In this document: one piece after another, positions 53,223 through 62,470 of the stretch
How the letters are laid out: every line of letters starts with the position of its first letter
How positions within the stretch are numbered: the stretch's first letter is position 1
DNA from: Puia sp.
GTDB taxonomy: Bacteria; Bacteroidota; Bacteroidia; Chitinophagales; Chitinophagaceae
Direction: 5' to 3'
Length of the DNA stretch: 64,000 nucleotides
NCBI GenBank assembly: GCA_036499285.1
Contig: DASYEB010000040.1
Coordinates: 8,151-72,150, forward strand
Made by a program: the position numbers and the translations under genes
Notes under the pieces: model-generated
The model's database searches: none
Told to the model about the DNA's origin: nothing
What the model saw: only the letters and a program-made list of their open reading frames with translations

Positions 53223-54437
53223 TTATACCCCAGATTGGGGAAGGGAAAGGATCGGCAGGGTAAAATAGAAGGAGGAGCCGGCCGTTTCATTCTTTTCAGC
53301 CCAGATAGCCCCTTTGTGTTCCCGTACTATGCCGGAGGTAATATAAAGCCCCATACCAAATCCGCTGTATTTGTCGGTAACGGTCTCTTCGCGAAAATAT
53401 TTATCAAAGATCCGGTTGATATTCTGTTTTGATATGCCGATTCCCTGGTCACAGACGCAAACGGTGAGGTCATCGGCATTGGAAAAGCATTTGATATCGA
53501 TGCTCGTATCAGGATCCGAGTATTTGGCGGCATTGTTGATCAGATTGGTCAGGACCTGTTCGATGCGCAGGATATCGATGGTGACCATCACTTCTCCGGG
53601 GCAGGGCAGCCAGGAAAGCCGGTGTGAAGGGACCAGGTGTTCCAGGATGGGCATAACTCCGGTCATATAGGTGTTCCAGTCCAGTTCCTGCATATTGTAG
53701 TCGAGCTTCCCGGATTCGATCTTGGAAATGTCCAGCAGCTGGATTATCAATGTGTGTAGCTTATGCACCTGGTGGTCTATCTTTTCCAGGTAATGATGCA
53801 CATTCCCGGAAGCATCCATTGAACTGTCCCGTAAGGCCAGCTTGGTAAAAGCCATGATGGAGGTCAGCGGGGTCTTCAGCTCATGGCTGGCGACGGAAAT
53901 GAATTCGTTCTTTTTTTCATCCAGCAGGCGGCTGTGTTTTAGTGCCTCATCCTTTTCTACTGACTGTTGGTTCAAAAGGAGGTTGCGTACCTTCAGCTTT
54001 TCGTATGGAGTGGTCGGCTGAATGGTGCGGAAGAATTCTGATGCTTCGGCGACCTTGCCCGGCGTAATCTTCAGCGATCGGGGAATCCCTATGCTTATAC
54101 AGATTGTAGCCGCTTCATTGTTTCTGTCAAAGGAGAATTCCGGCACGAGAAGCTGGGCATATTTCAATCCTTCTTCCGAAGGCCGGATGTCGATGTCCGG
54201 GGGGAAATTTATGCGGGCGATAAGAGAAAATTTGCCATCGGCTTTTTCCATGCCGATACTAAGCCATCCAGTATCCGTTTTATCGATGACTACCCGGCTG
54301 ATCTCCGCTGTAGCAGTTGCAATGGTTGCCTGCGTAGACAGTGTGAGGAAAAAGAATTGCGCCACACTGATCATGCGCTTGTGCGCTACCACTATGTCCA
54401 TTTCATTCTCCAGTGAAACCTGAGTGATCTCTGTCAT
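53223..54437 (-). CDS. Soluble histidine kinase with N-terminal degenerate RsbT-like domain
   Basis: FISVASHELKTPLT H-box, NLINNAAKYS N-box, DQGIGI, GFGMGL; no TM segment; N-terminus aligns with the RsbT two genes upstream. Confidence 0.9.
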   Translation of the reverse strand: MTEITQVSLENEMDIVVAHKRMISVAQFFFLTLSTQATIATATAEISRVVIDKTDTGWLSIGMEKADGKFSLIARINFPPDIDIRPSEEGLKYAQLLVPEFSFDRNNEAATICISIGIPRSLKITPGKVAEASEFFRTIQPTTPYEKLKVRNLLLNQQSVEKDEALKHSRLLDEKKNEFISVASHELKTPLTSIMAFTKLALRDSSMDASGNVHHYLEKIDHQVHKLHTLIIQLLDISKIESGKLDYNMQELDWNTYMTGVMPILEHLVPSHRLSWLPCPGEVMVTIDILRIEQVLTNLINNAAKYSDPDTSIDIKCFSNADDLTVCVCDQGIGISKQNINRIFDKYFREETVTDKYSGFGMGLYITSGIVREHKGAIWAEKNETAGSSFYFTLPILSLPQSGV

Positions 54438-54439
54438 GA

Positions 54440-55450
54440 TTAAACCGATTTACACACTAAAACGGAGGTATCATCTGTTCCCCGGCTAAATTCTTTGTAA
54501 AGAGCCGAAGCAATTATCATTCCATCGTGCTGCATAAGCATCGGGAATTTTGAAATATCCCATCTTGACTTAATGCCATCAGAGCAGGCGATGAACTGCG
54601 GGAATTCTTCCTGTGACATCAGCTGCTCATTCATTGTGCCGGGGATATTATAACCGATGATACCATTATAAGATACATGATTCCTTACATTCAATGCCCC
54701 CATCCATCGGGCGGCAATATTACCCACACCTGTCGTTCGCCAGGTACGCGCCTCGCGGTTGTAAAAAACAACGAGTCCGACGATCCCCCTGGTTTTTCTG
54801 ATCTGGCTGTGGATATAGCGGATCGTTTCGGTAGGGCTTTCTTCGGTACATACCGTAAATGCCGCACAGGCTTCTCTTACCGCTGTATTCGCATCCGGAC
54901 CATGCCCGAGTCCATCTGCTACCAGGATCCGGAATCCTTCTTCCGTCTCTTCGAGACAAAAGCCATCCCCGCTGACTTGCTCTCCACGTTTTGGCACATT
55001 AATACCGCGGCATTCCAGCCTTCTCTTTTTAAACAGTGCTTGCTCTGCCTTATACACCCGGGCGACCACGATCGTCCCCCAGTCCTTTACTGAATATACG
55101 TCAAACAGATCAGAAAGTCTTTTGATGCTACCCAGTCCATGCCCAAGGGTTGCCGTAGAAGAATAACCATCTGACAGCACCCGGCCGATATCCGGAATTC
55201 CTGGTCCCTGGTCAAGGCCGATGATCTCGACATATGAACCGCCGGCATCGCTACCGATGCCAAACAGCAACTCCCCGCCTTTTGCATACTTGTTCAGGTT
55301 GGAAGTGATCTCGGAAACGATGATGTCTATTTTACCGACCTTTACTTCATCGAAGCCGACAGAAGTCGCGGCCGCGTGAATATCCTTTTTGATCAATGAA
55401 AAATAACTCCTGTCGTCTGCACGGAAGCTTTTGTAAAACGTACTAACCAT
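54440..55450 (-). CDS. RsbT-like ATP-binding domain fused to PP2C/SpoIIE phosphatase (RsbX-like)
   Basis: SEITSN, DQGPGI, GHGLG in the N-terminal half; SGDG, VADGLGHG, CSDG, DD PP2C motifs in the C-terminal half. Confidence 0.88.
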   Translation of the reverse strand: MVSTFYKSFRADDRSYFSLIKKDIHAAATSVGFDEVKVGKIDIIVSEITSNLNKYAKGGELLFGIGSDAGGSYVEIIGLDQGPGIPDIGRVLSDGYSSTATLGHGLGSIKRLSDLFDVYSVKDWGTIVVARVYKAEQALFKKRRLECRGINVPKRGEQVSGDGFCLEETEEGFRILVADGLGHGPDANTAVREACAAFTVCTEESPTETIRYIHSQIRKTRGIVGLVVFYNREARTWRTTGVGNIAARWMGALNVRNHVSYNGIIGYNIPGTMNEQLMSQEEFPQFIACSDGIKSRWDISKFPMLMQHDGMIIASALYKEFSRGTDDTSVLVCKSV

Positions 55451-55856
55451 TAGCCCACTTTATAATTGTTACGACAGTTCCTTTATTTATTTCGCTGGTT
55501 ATGGTAAAGTCATTGACCAGTCTTTTTGCACCGGGCAGGCCAAGACCCAGGCTTTTACCCGTGGAATACCCGTCTTTCATAGCAAGCTGGATATCGCTGA
55601 TGCCCGGACCAGAGTCTCTAAACACCAGCCGGATACCATTTTCCCTGCCCTTGGAAACGACCTCTATTGTTATATTTCCTCCGTCTGCATATCTAAGCAT
55701 ATTCCGCACCAGCTCGCTCGCAGCGGTGATCAGCTTCGTTTGATTGACCAGTCCCATTTTTATCTTCTGGGCAAATTCTTTCACACGATTTCGGAACAGG
55801 ATAACATCCTGTTCTTTATTAATAACCACGAGATCTTTAGACAGAGATAGTATCAT
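55443..55856 (-). CDS. rsbT: Stressosome Ser/Thr kinase RsbT
   Basis: ITAASELVRN, DSGPGI, GYSTGKSLGLGLPGAKRL; follows rsbS. Confidence 0.92.
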   Translation of the reverse strand: MILSLSKDLVVINKEQDVILFRNRVKEFAQKIKMGLVNQTKLITAASELVRNMLRYADGGNITIEVVSKGRENGIRLVFRDSGPGISDIQLAMKDGYSTGKSLGLGLPGAKRLVNDFTITSEINKGTVVTIIKWANG

Positions 55857-56244
55857 CTTCTTCGTCGGTTATTTCCCCTTCTTCGCCGAGGGCTATTTTT
55901 GAACGTAAAAGATCCATTCCTTTTTCAACATTGAGCGCAGTGTGTACTCCTTTCAGGGGGAGTCCAAGCTCGACCAGTGTGATCGCTACAGCAGGTTGCA
56001 TACCGACTACTACAGTTTCGGCATCGAGGATCCTGGACATATTGGCAATATTGCCAATGATACGACCCATAAAAGAGTCGACAATGCTCACTGCAGAGAT
56101 ATCGATCAATACGCCTTTTGCGTCCGTTTGGCTGACCATCTGGACCAGGTCGGCCTCCAGGTTTAGTGCAAGCCGGTCGTAGAGGTCCACCTGGATAGTC
56201 ACCAACAGGAATGGGCCCATTCTCAGGATTGGAATTTTGTCCAT
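55837..56244 (-). CDS. rsbS: Stressosome STAS protein RsbS
   Basis: IPILRMG, LIDISAVSIVDSF (phospho-Ser site), VVGMQPAVAITLVELG. Confidence 0.92.
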   Translation of the reverse strand: MDKIPILRMGPFLLVTIQVDLYDRLALNLEADLVQMVSQTDAKGVLIDISAVSIVDSFMGRIIGNIANMSRILDAETVVVGMQPAVAITLVELGLPLKGVHTALNVEKGMDLLRSKIALGEEGEITDEEDDTISV

Positions 56245-56271
56245 CGCTAAAAGAGATTTTTATACAGGTAT

Positions 56272-57141
56272 TTATTGATTCAAATTACTGGACGATGCAA
56301 CTTTTCTGACCTGCAGGTTCAAATTATTAAAAGCATAACGCAAAGCGTTTGCCAAAGTGGCCTTGGTGATGATACCCGACAGGTCGATACCCAGGTGCAC
56401 GATCGTCTGAGCAATTTCAGGCCGGATGCCGCTGATTATGCATTCCGCACCCATCAGGCGGGTGGCGCTGACCGTCTTGATCAGATGCTGCGCAACCAGC
56501 GAGTCGACGGCAGGTACCCCTGAAATATCCAGTATGGTAATGCTGCTCCCTGTGGCTACTATTTCGTTGAGCAGACTTTCCATAATGACCTGCGTGCGCG
56601 AGCTGTCAAGAGTGCCGATGATCGGAAGCGCAAGAATGCCTTCCCATAGACGGATGACCGGCGTGGAGATCTCGGCCATTTCATCGGTCTGACGAAGGAT
56701 AACCTCTTCCCTTCCTTTTATGAAGGTTTCGAAACTGCTGATCACAAAGTGGTCAACTAAACGATTGATCTTCAGGCTTTCCTCATATAAAGCCTTGAAG
56801 TCATCCTTCACCTCAGCCTGCAGCCAGGACAATATTGCTTCTTTAAGACTGATGACGAACACGCCGGTCTCACGTGGACTGAAGCCCTGACGTGCCCGGA
56901 TCATGGCAATGCCCGACAGGATCTCGAGCACGGGTTCGAAGGAGGCGGAGGACGGATCGTTGAGATTCTCAGGTGTAAGGGTTTGCAGCAGGATGTCGAC
57001 GAGCTCCTCTGACTGAGCCCTCAGGTCTTCATTGCTGACGAGGTCTTCTCTTAATCCGTCACTGGCGAGCTGATTCTGCATCCAGCTTTCGAATAGAGAT
57101 TTCTTCTTGGATCTTAAGATCTTTGTAATGTCAAGTGCCAT
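56272..57141 (-). CDS. rsbR: Stressosome STAS protein RsbR with N-terminal RsbRD_N-like helical domain
   Basis: ISTPVIRLWEG, LPIIGTLDS, LDISGVPAVDSLVAQHL, ISGIRPEIAQTIV. Confidence 0.92.
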   Translation of the reverse strand: MALDITKILRSKKKSLFESWMQNQLASDGLREDLVSNEDLRAQSEELVDILLQTLTPENLNDPSSASFEPVLEILSGIAMIRARQGFSPRETGVFVISLKEAILSWLQAEVKDDFKALYEESLKINRLVDHFVISSFETFIKGREEVILRQTDEMAEISTPVIRLWEGILALPIIGTLDSSRTQVIMESLLNEIVATGSSITILDISGVPAVDSLVAQHLIKTVSATRLMGAECIISGIRPEIAQTIVHLGIDLSGIITKATLANALRYAFNNLNLQVRKVASSSNLNQ

Positions 57142-57237
57142 TGTAGTTGCTAATTTTATTGACTAAAATGGCTTTTAATCGGAGGATTTGTATAAAAATA
57201 GGGGATTTTATATTAGAATAGTCAAATAATTGGCTAA

Positions 57238-57263
57238 ATACATCCATATCTTATGTATATTTG
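57238..57263 (+). promoter_or_regulatory. PadR-gene promoter -7 element overlapped by an inverted repeat (candidate operator)
   Basis: TATATTTG at 57256-57263 matches TAnnTTTG; ATACAT-N9-ATGTAT at 57238-57258. Confidence 0.5.
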
Positions 57264-57286
57264 AACCAGGAAATAATCCTCACAGC

Positions 57287-57628
57287 ATGACCTACTCCAC
57301 CGAATTATTAAAAGGAACACTAAAGACAATTATACTGAAGTTATTGACAGACAATAAAAAAATGTATGGTTATGAGATCACGCAAAAGGTAAAAGAGCTG
57401 ACAACAGATAAGATCCAGATCACAGAAGGAGCATTGTACCCTACCCTCCATGCACTGGAGGCCGGGGGATTTGTGACAACCGAAACGGAGTTCATCGGCA
57501 AACGGGTGCGGAAGTATTACAGCTTAAGTCCGACCGGCAGGACAAAAGCAAAGGAAAAAGTAAAAGAGCTGGCAAGCTTTATCGAGACGATGGCTTCTCT
57601 TTTGGACATAAAAACAAAAATGGCCTAA
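57287..57628 (+). CDS. PadR-family transcriptional regulator
   Basis: LLKGTL, MYGYEI, ITEGALYPTLHALE, RKYYSLSPTG. Confidence 0.92.
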   Translation: MTYSTELLKGTLKTIILKLLTDNKKMYGYEITQKVKELTTDKIQITEGALYPTLHALEAGGFVTTETEFIGKRVRKYYSLSPTGRTKAKEKVKELASFIETMASLLDIKTKMA

Positions 57629-58143
57629 TGTATTCTATCAGCGACCAGCAGATCGATTTTATTCTCCATGATCTTGCCGCCAATGGCATTGAGACGGAGA
57701 GCCTTCAGCAGGATCTGCTCGATCATATCTGCACGATCATTGAACGGAACCTCGAAGTAGGCGGCGACTTTGACGGCTTTTATGCGGCTACGGTCAAAAC
57801 CTTTTACAAAAAGGAGTTGCGGGAAATAGAAGAAGAGACCAGCTTCCTGCTGACAATGGGTCATCGGCTGGTATTGAGCCGGAATATATTTTTCCTCTTG
57901 TTGTTTATATTATTTGGAGGTCCTTTTGTGGCCTATCTTGCTTCAGCGGCATACAGCCCGGGTCACTCCGGATGGAATATTCCTGCGGAGGTATGGAGGG
58001 CTACCCTGGTCTTCTCCCTTTTTCCGATGCTGGTGCTGCTGGTCCTGTTTCTGACACCCGATCGCCTCGACCCGGTGATCCCCTGGAAGTCGAAGATCCT
58101 GATCGGATTAAACCCTATTATACAAATTGTCTCCGTAAGCTGA
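57628..58143 (+). CDS. PadR-associated hypothetical membrane protein
   Basis: TAATG coupling with the PadR gene; N-terminal DLLDHIC helix then two TM segments. Confidence 0.7.
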   Translation: MYSISDQQIDFILHDLAANGIETESLQQDLLDHICTIIERNLEVGGDFDGFYAATVKTFYKKELREIEEETSFLLTMGHRLVLSRNIFFLLLFILFGGPFVAYLASAAYSPGHSGWNIPAEVWRATLVFSLFPMLVLLVLFLTPDRLDPVIPWKSKILIGLNPIIQIVSVS

Positions 58144-58952
58144 TGAAGAAATTGCCCCCCGTTCTCCTTTGTATCCTCGCGTTTGCCTGTACAAGTACAC
58201 CCAAAGAAGCCCCGCCACAGGTTAAGATCATGACGGAGAGCATTATTCCCTTTACGGTAACGGATTCATTCCCGCACGACACCACATCTTTTACTGAAGG
58301 CCTGCTGGTATACGACGGACAGCTGTTTGAGAGTACAGGACATACAGATTCCTATCCTGTTTCAAGGTCTTTGTTTGGAGTGGTAGACAAAAAGACAGGC
58401 AGGATCAATGTCGGATCCGAGATAAAAGACCCTAAATATTTTGGAGAAGGCATCGTTATTTTAAAGGATAAAATTTATCAGCTGACAGATACCAACCGGG
58501 TAGGTTTTGTTTATGACGCAAAGACATACCGGCGACTTTCGGAATTTCATTATGCCGGTGATGGCTGGGCGTTTACGACAAATGGCACCAGCCTGATCAT
58601 GAGTAGTGGCTCCAGTTCCGTTCTCTATCGCGACCCTCTGAGCTTCAGGACGGTAAAGGTGCTGTCTGTAACCTCGCCGGATGGCACGCCAGTTGGAAAT
58701 ATCAACGAGCTGGAGATGATCAACGGGTATCTCTACGCTAATCAATGGCTTACCAATTATATTCTGAAGATCGATACGGCCAGTGGGAGAATAGTAGGCA
58801 AACTGGATCTGTCGCCGCTGAAGAACGCAGCCATGGCGAAATATCCCCGAGCCGCCGAGACAAATGGGATTGCCTACGATTCCGCGTTGAACAGGATTTA
58901 TGTGACCGGCAAATTATGGCCGACCATCTACGAAATAAAATTCGACCATTGA
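58143..58952 (+). CDS. Glutaminyl-peptide cyclotransferase (beta-propeller type), lipoprotein
   Basis: Lipobox AFAC from ATG 58143 (TGATG coupling); FTEGL, FESTG, FGEGI, GWAFT, NELE, NGIAYD, VTGKLWP. Confidence 0.9.
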   Translation: MKKLPPVLLCILAFACTSTPKEAPPQVKIMTESIIPFTVTDSFPHDTTSFTEGLLVYDGQLFESTGHTDSYPVSRSLFGVVDKKTGRINVGSEIKDPKYFGEGIVILKDKIYQLTDTNRVGFVYDAKTYRRLSEFHYAGDGWAFTTNGTSLIMSSGSSSVLYRDPLSFRTVKVLSVTSPDGTPVGNINELEMINGYLYANQWLTNYILKIDTASGRIVGKLDLSPLKNAAMAKYPRAAETNGIAYDSALNRIYVTGKLWPTIYEIKFDH

Positions 58953-58956
58953 TCAC

Positions 58957-61900
58957 TTAGAATTGCGGACTATCACCACCCGCCGAATTTACAAATTCGA
59001 TAAGCCTGCGATAGACCGGGTTATTGGATAAGATAGCAGGATTACCCGTTATAAACAATTGTTTTCTGGCTCTTGTAAGTGCAACATTTAACTTTCTGTC
59101 TATCAGAATACCCTCATCCTCCATGTTTCTGGCAAGGAAATTCAGCTGGTAGATATAATTCACGCTAAAAGAATAGATGATAATATCCCGCTGAGATCCC
59201 TGGAAACGTTCGACCGTGTCGATCATGATCTTGTCCAGGACGTCGATGTTCAGCTGATGCAGCTGCCGCCTGATCAGGGCGATCTGGCTTCGGTAAGGAG
59301 CTATGATGCCGATACTCTTTTCCGGTTCAAATAAGAGGTTATTCCTTTGATATAAAGCATAGATGCTCTCGACCAGTTTTACGGCTATTCTCGCCTCATG
59401 TGAGTTGGTTTTATTATTATCGGACTCGCTTTTCTGTGAGGGTAAAAAAACCAGGCGTTTTGTAGCGATGAGCTTTTGTAAAGGATCCTGTGCATCGTAG
59501 GACAAAAATTCGAGAGAGGCAGCCTGGTGTGGAAGCGGTACCGGCTCAAGACGGCCCTCATAGAATTGCCTGTTCGAGAATTCAGCTACTTCCGGGTGCA
59601 TACGCCCCTGTTTGTACAACATTCCCCAGGCAGGCGAACTTTTATCCGTCTTATGCAGGTTATATAACCGTTCGAATAATGAATTCCGGCGATCGGGCAG
59701 TCCGATGGCATTCAGGGTGGGAGAATCCGTAGCAGAGTCCTGTTCTTTTTGCAGGACTACGGCAGGAAGCTGTTTGTTATCCCCGATGAGAATAAATTTT
59801 GAAATGGCATTCCGTCCTTCCGGATCTTTCGCGGATAGAACACCCAGAAGATGCGGTTCCAGGATCTGGGAGGCTTCATCGATGATCGCTACCTGGAAAT
59901 GTTTGAGCCGGAACAGCTCCATTTTGCCGGATATGGAGGATACAGTTCCGACGAAAATACGATACCCTTTAATTTTGATGCGAACATCCGCGCGTGTCCG
60001 GCAATCGGCGATGAGGCAGTCCAATAACCTTCCTTTATGCTTTTCGTCACAGGAAAGCGTATTCCCGATCCGGACATAAGGCGGCTGGCTGTCTATGCTA
60101 TCCAGCGCATCACAGATCTCGTCTACAGCCCTATTGGTATAGGAAAGCAGGAGTATGTTTATTTCCGGCGCGGAATAGAACTCATCTACCATTGCTTTCA
60201 GCGCCTTGGAGGTTTTGCCCGTGCCAGGCGGCCCCACCAGTAAAAAATAGTCTTTAGCCTGTTTGGCTTTCAGAACAATTTCATCGATCTCTTTACTGCC
60301 GTGTGTCCTTGCAAGTCTTATGGTGCTGTCAAACTGCAGCGGTCGCTGGCTTAACAAAAGATCCTTCCTGTCTGTTCTTGCCTGTAAGAAAAGAAATAAC
60401 CCCTTGAACATCCAGTTGTAGGAAGAATCCAGGAAATCGGGCTCAATGGCAAATGTGCTCCGGTCGGAAAAGATGTTCCGGTTACGTTGTTTAAAGCGCA
60501 GCCGGACAGTGACTTCCTGCTGATCGATCTGTTCTATCGCACCCTTAAAGATCTGCTTATTGGTGACCACATCTGACCCGCTGTTTCTTTCATATAAATT
60601 CACCACTTCTCCTTTTCTGAAATTTGGCAAGGCCTCTACTTCAGCCTGATCCGTTATGACAAAAGTTATTTTGGGGGCTGCGTCATCTGCCTTATTTCCA
60701 CCCGGTTTTATTTTCAGATCTGTCAGGATCTCCCCCGCCTCTATCTTATCATGGAGGTCGTTTTGCCATAAACCGGCGACACCCCTGTTACCAGGGCTAT
60801 CCTTATCCCCATCCCCTATTTTGGATACAAACAGCTCCCGGGTCAAAAAAGTATAAAAGGAATGGAAATACTCCCGTTCGAGCAGCGAACTATGAGCAAA
60901 GACGTCTGAGAACCTCTTAATATCCGGGATCACATAATTCTCCAGGAAAGAAGAGTTTACCTTTTCAAGGATCAGCCTCGCCGGTACTATTTGCTTAAAT
61001 ACCGTTTCGGAGTTGGAGCCGTTGATGCTCTTGGCAACAAAATGCTCTATAAGCACGATCTCATTACGCTTGTTTATTATATGCTTTAGCCTTGACAGCG
61101 CCGGTTTTTCGAATCTTAAATTATCGGTCGATGGTTTTGAGTATAGTACATATACGTTCAGGTTCTCCTTGTGTCTGTCACCTTCGTGAAGATTGTACAG
61201 GACGGCTAAATAGTAAAGGAAAAGCTGCGTACCATGGTTCTTTCCTATCCGGGTTGGGTCTGTATAAGGATAAGGAGGCTTGCCTGATTTTAACTCGATG
61301 ATATTAAAGTAACCATTCTCCGGCTGGTATTGAAAGAAGTCAAGCCGGCCCTGTACGCCGAAGTACTCACAAAAGAAAGAAGGTTCGACGGTCGCCTTAT
61401 CTTTGTTTATCCTGAAGGTGTTCTCAGTAAAAGTATGCTGGACCGTATTCCTGATATTCAGGTGCTGTCTTTCTGTTTCCTCTCTATATTTTTCCTCGTC
61501 AAAGTCGATGCAGGTTGAATATTCGAAAGGATAGGACCTGAAGGCATTGCCTCTTATCATATCCGCATCGATAGCATCTGCCGCCTGATTGAAGATCTGC
61601 TCATCCAGGCACATATTGGCAAAGTCACCGATCCGGAAATGCATTTTATTCTCCGGTATGGTAAGCCGGGAGATAGTATAGTTCAGCTGGTGATCTCCAT
61701 GTTCTTTATAACATTCTGCAAGGTTGCTGATGTCGATGAGATAGTCCGGTTCCAGCACCACAAATTCAGTGTAAAAGGCGCCTTCGGATTCGGTGACATC
61801 GATCAGGTTCACAGATGCACCAGCCCAGATATGTTTAAATGTCGACTCGAATTCCCGGTTGCCATAGTAGCCCTGAAAGATCTCTGCATCGACATTGGTC

Positions 61901-62406
61901 TTAACTTTATATAGCTCATCATTCGCAAATTCCTCAAATTCGCAAAACAGGGTATCGGCTGTGATGTCTCTGACAAAGGCCCTGATCCGCTTGAACCTTT
62001 TGCCGGTTAGTTTTTCTTTTGGAGCTATGACGTCGTTTTCAGGGAAGACCCGTATTAGTTCCGGGGGGATGGCTGTGTCATAGAAGTAGCCGATAGTTTC
62101 GCTGATGACTTTCAGGTCCTGCAGATAGTCGGGTGTCGACGGCTGCCATTGTCCATGCTGTATTTTATTGGCGTTGATCCGGAATGTATTCAGCTGGTAG
62201 GTTCTTTTTCGATCCAGTCCTTTCTTTTTACAGGCATAATTAAGCCGGGAGAAGAGGTTGGAAAACTGGACAGGTTCACCGGCGGTGATCTCTTTGCAGA
62301 CCCTTTCCAGGAGCCAGCGCAGTTTGGAGTATTTGCTATTCAGGCTGACCCGCTCCGAATGATATTCTATTATCTCATTAAAGAACTCAATGCCTGTTAC
62401 ATTCAT
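58957..62406 (-). CDS. Dna2/Nam7-like PD-(D/E)xK nuclease-SF1B helicase fusion
   Basis: PDYLIDIS, QGRLD, IIELKSGK nuclease motifs; [41 protein letters not shown] helicase motifs. Start 62406 or 62424. Confidence 0.88.
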   Translation of the reverse strand: MNVTGIEFFNEIIEYHSERVSLNSKYSKLRWLLERVCKEITAGEPVQFSNLFSRLNYACKKKGLDRKRTYQLNTFRINANKIQHGQWQPSTPDYLQDLKVISETIGYFYDTAIPPELIRVFPENDVIAPKEKLTGKRFKRIRAFVRDITADTLFCEFEEFANDELYKVKTNVDAEIFQGYYGNREFESTFKHIWAGASVNLIDVTESEGAFYTEFVVLEPDYLIDISNLAECYKEHGDHQLNYTISRLTIPENKMHFRIGDFANMCLDEQIFNQAADAIDADMIRGNAFRSYPFEYSTCIDFDEEKYREETERQHLNIRNTVQHTFTENTFRINKDKATVEPSFFCEYFGVQGRLDFFQYQPENGYFNIIELKSGKPPYPYTDPTRIGKNHGTQLFLYYLAVLYNLHEGDRHKENLNVYVLYSKPSTDNLRFEKPALSRLKHIINKRNEIVLIEHFVAKSINGSNSETVFKQIVPARLILEKVNSSFLENYVIPDIKRFSDVFAHSSLLEREYFHSFYTFLTRELFVSKIGDGDKDSPGNRGVAGLWQNDLHDKIEAGEILTDLKIKPGGNKADDAAPKITFVITDQAEVEALPNFRKGEVVNLYERNSGSDVVTNKQIFKGAIEQIDQQEVTVRLRFKQRNRNIFSDRSTFAIEPDFLDSSYNWMFKGLFLFLQARTDRKDLLLSQRPLQFDSTIRLARTHGSKEIDEIVLKAKQAKDYFLLVGPPGTGKTSKALKAMVDEFYSAPEINILLLSYTNRAVDEICDALDSIDSQPPYVRIGNTLSCDEKHKGRLLDCLIADCRTRADVRIKIKGYRIFVGTVSSISGKMELFRLKHFQVAIIDEASQILEPHLLGVLSAKDPEGRNAISKFILIGDNKQLPAVVLQKEQDSATDSPTLNAIGLPDRRNSLFERLYNLHKTDKSSPAWGMLYKQGRMHPEVAEFSNRQFYEGRLEPVPLPHQAASLEFLSYDAQDPLQKLIATKRLVFLPSQKSESDNNKTNSHEARIAVKLVESIYALYQRNNLLFEPEKSIGIIAPYRSQIALIRRQLHQLNIDVLDKIMIDTVERFQGSQRDIIIYSFSVNYIYQLNFLARNMEDEGILIDRKLNVALTRARKQLFITGNPAILSNNPVYRRLIEFVNSAGGDSPQF

Positions 62407-62470
62407 AGGAACATTTGGATGCAAAATTATTCATTTTTAATCTTAAATTACGACGTAATAATAATTATAC

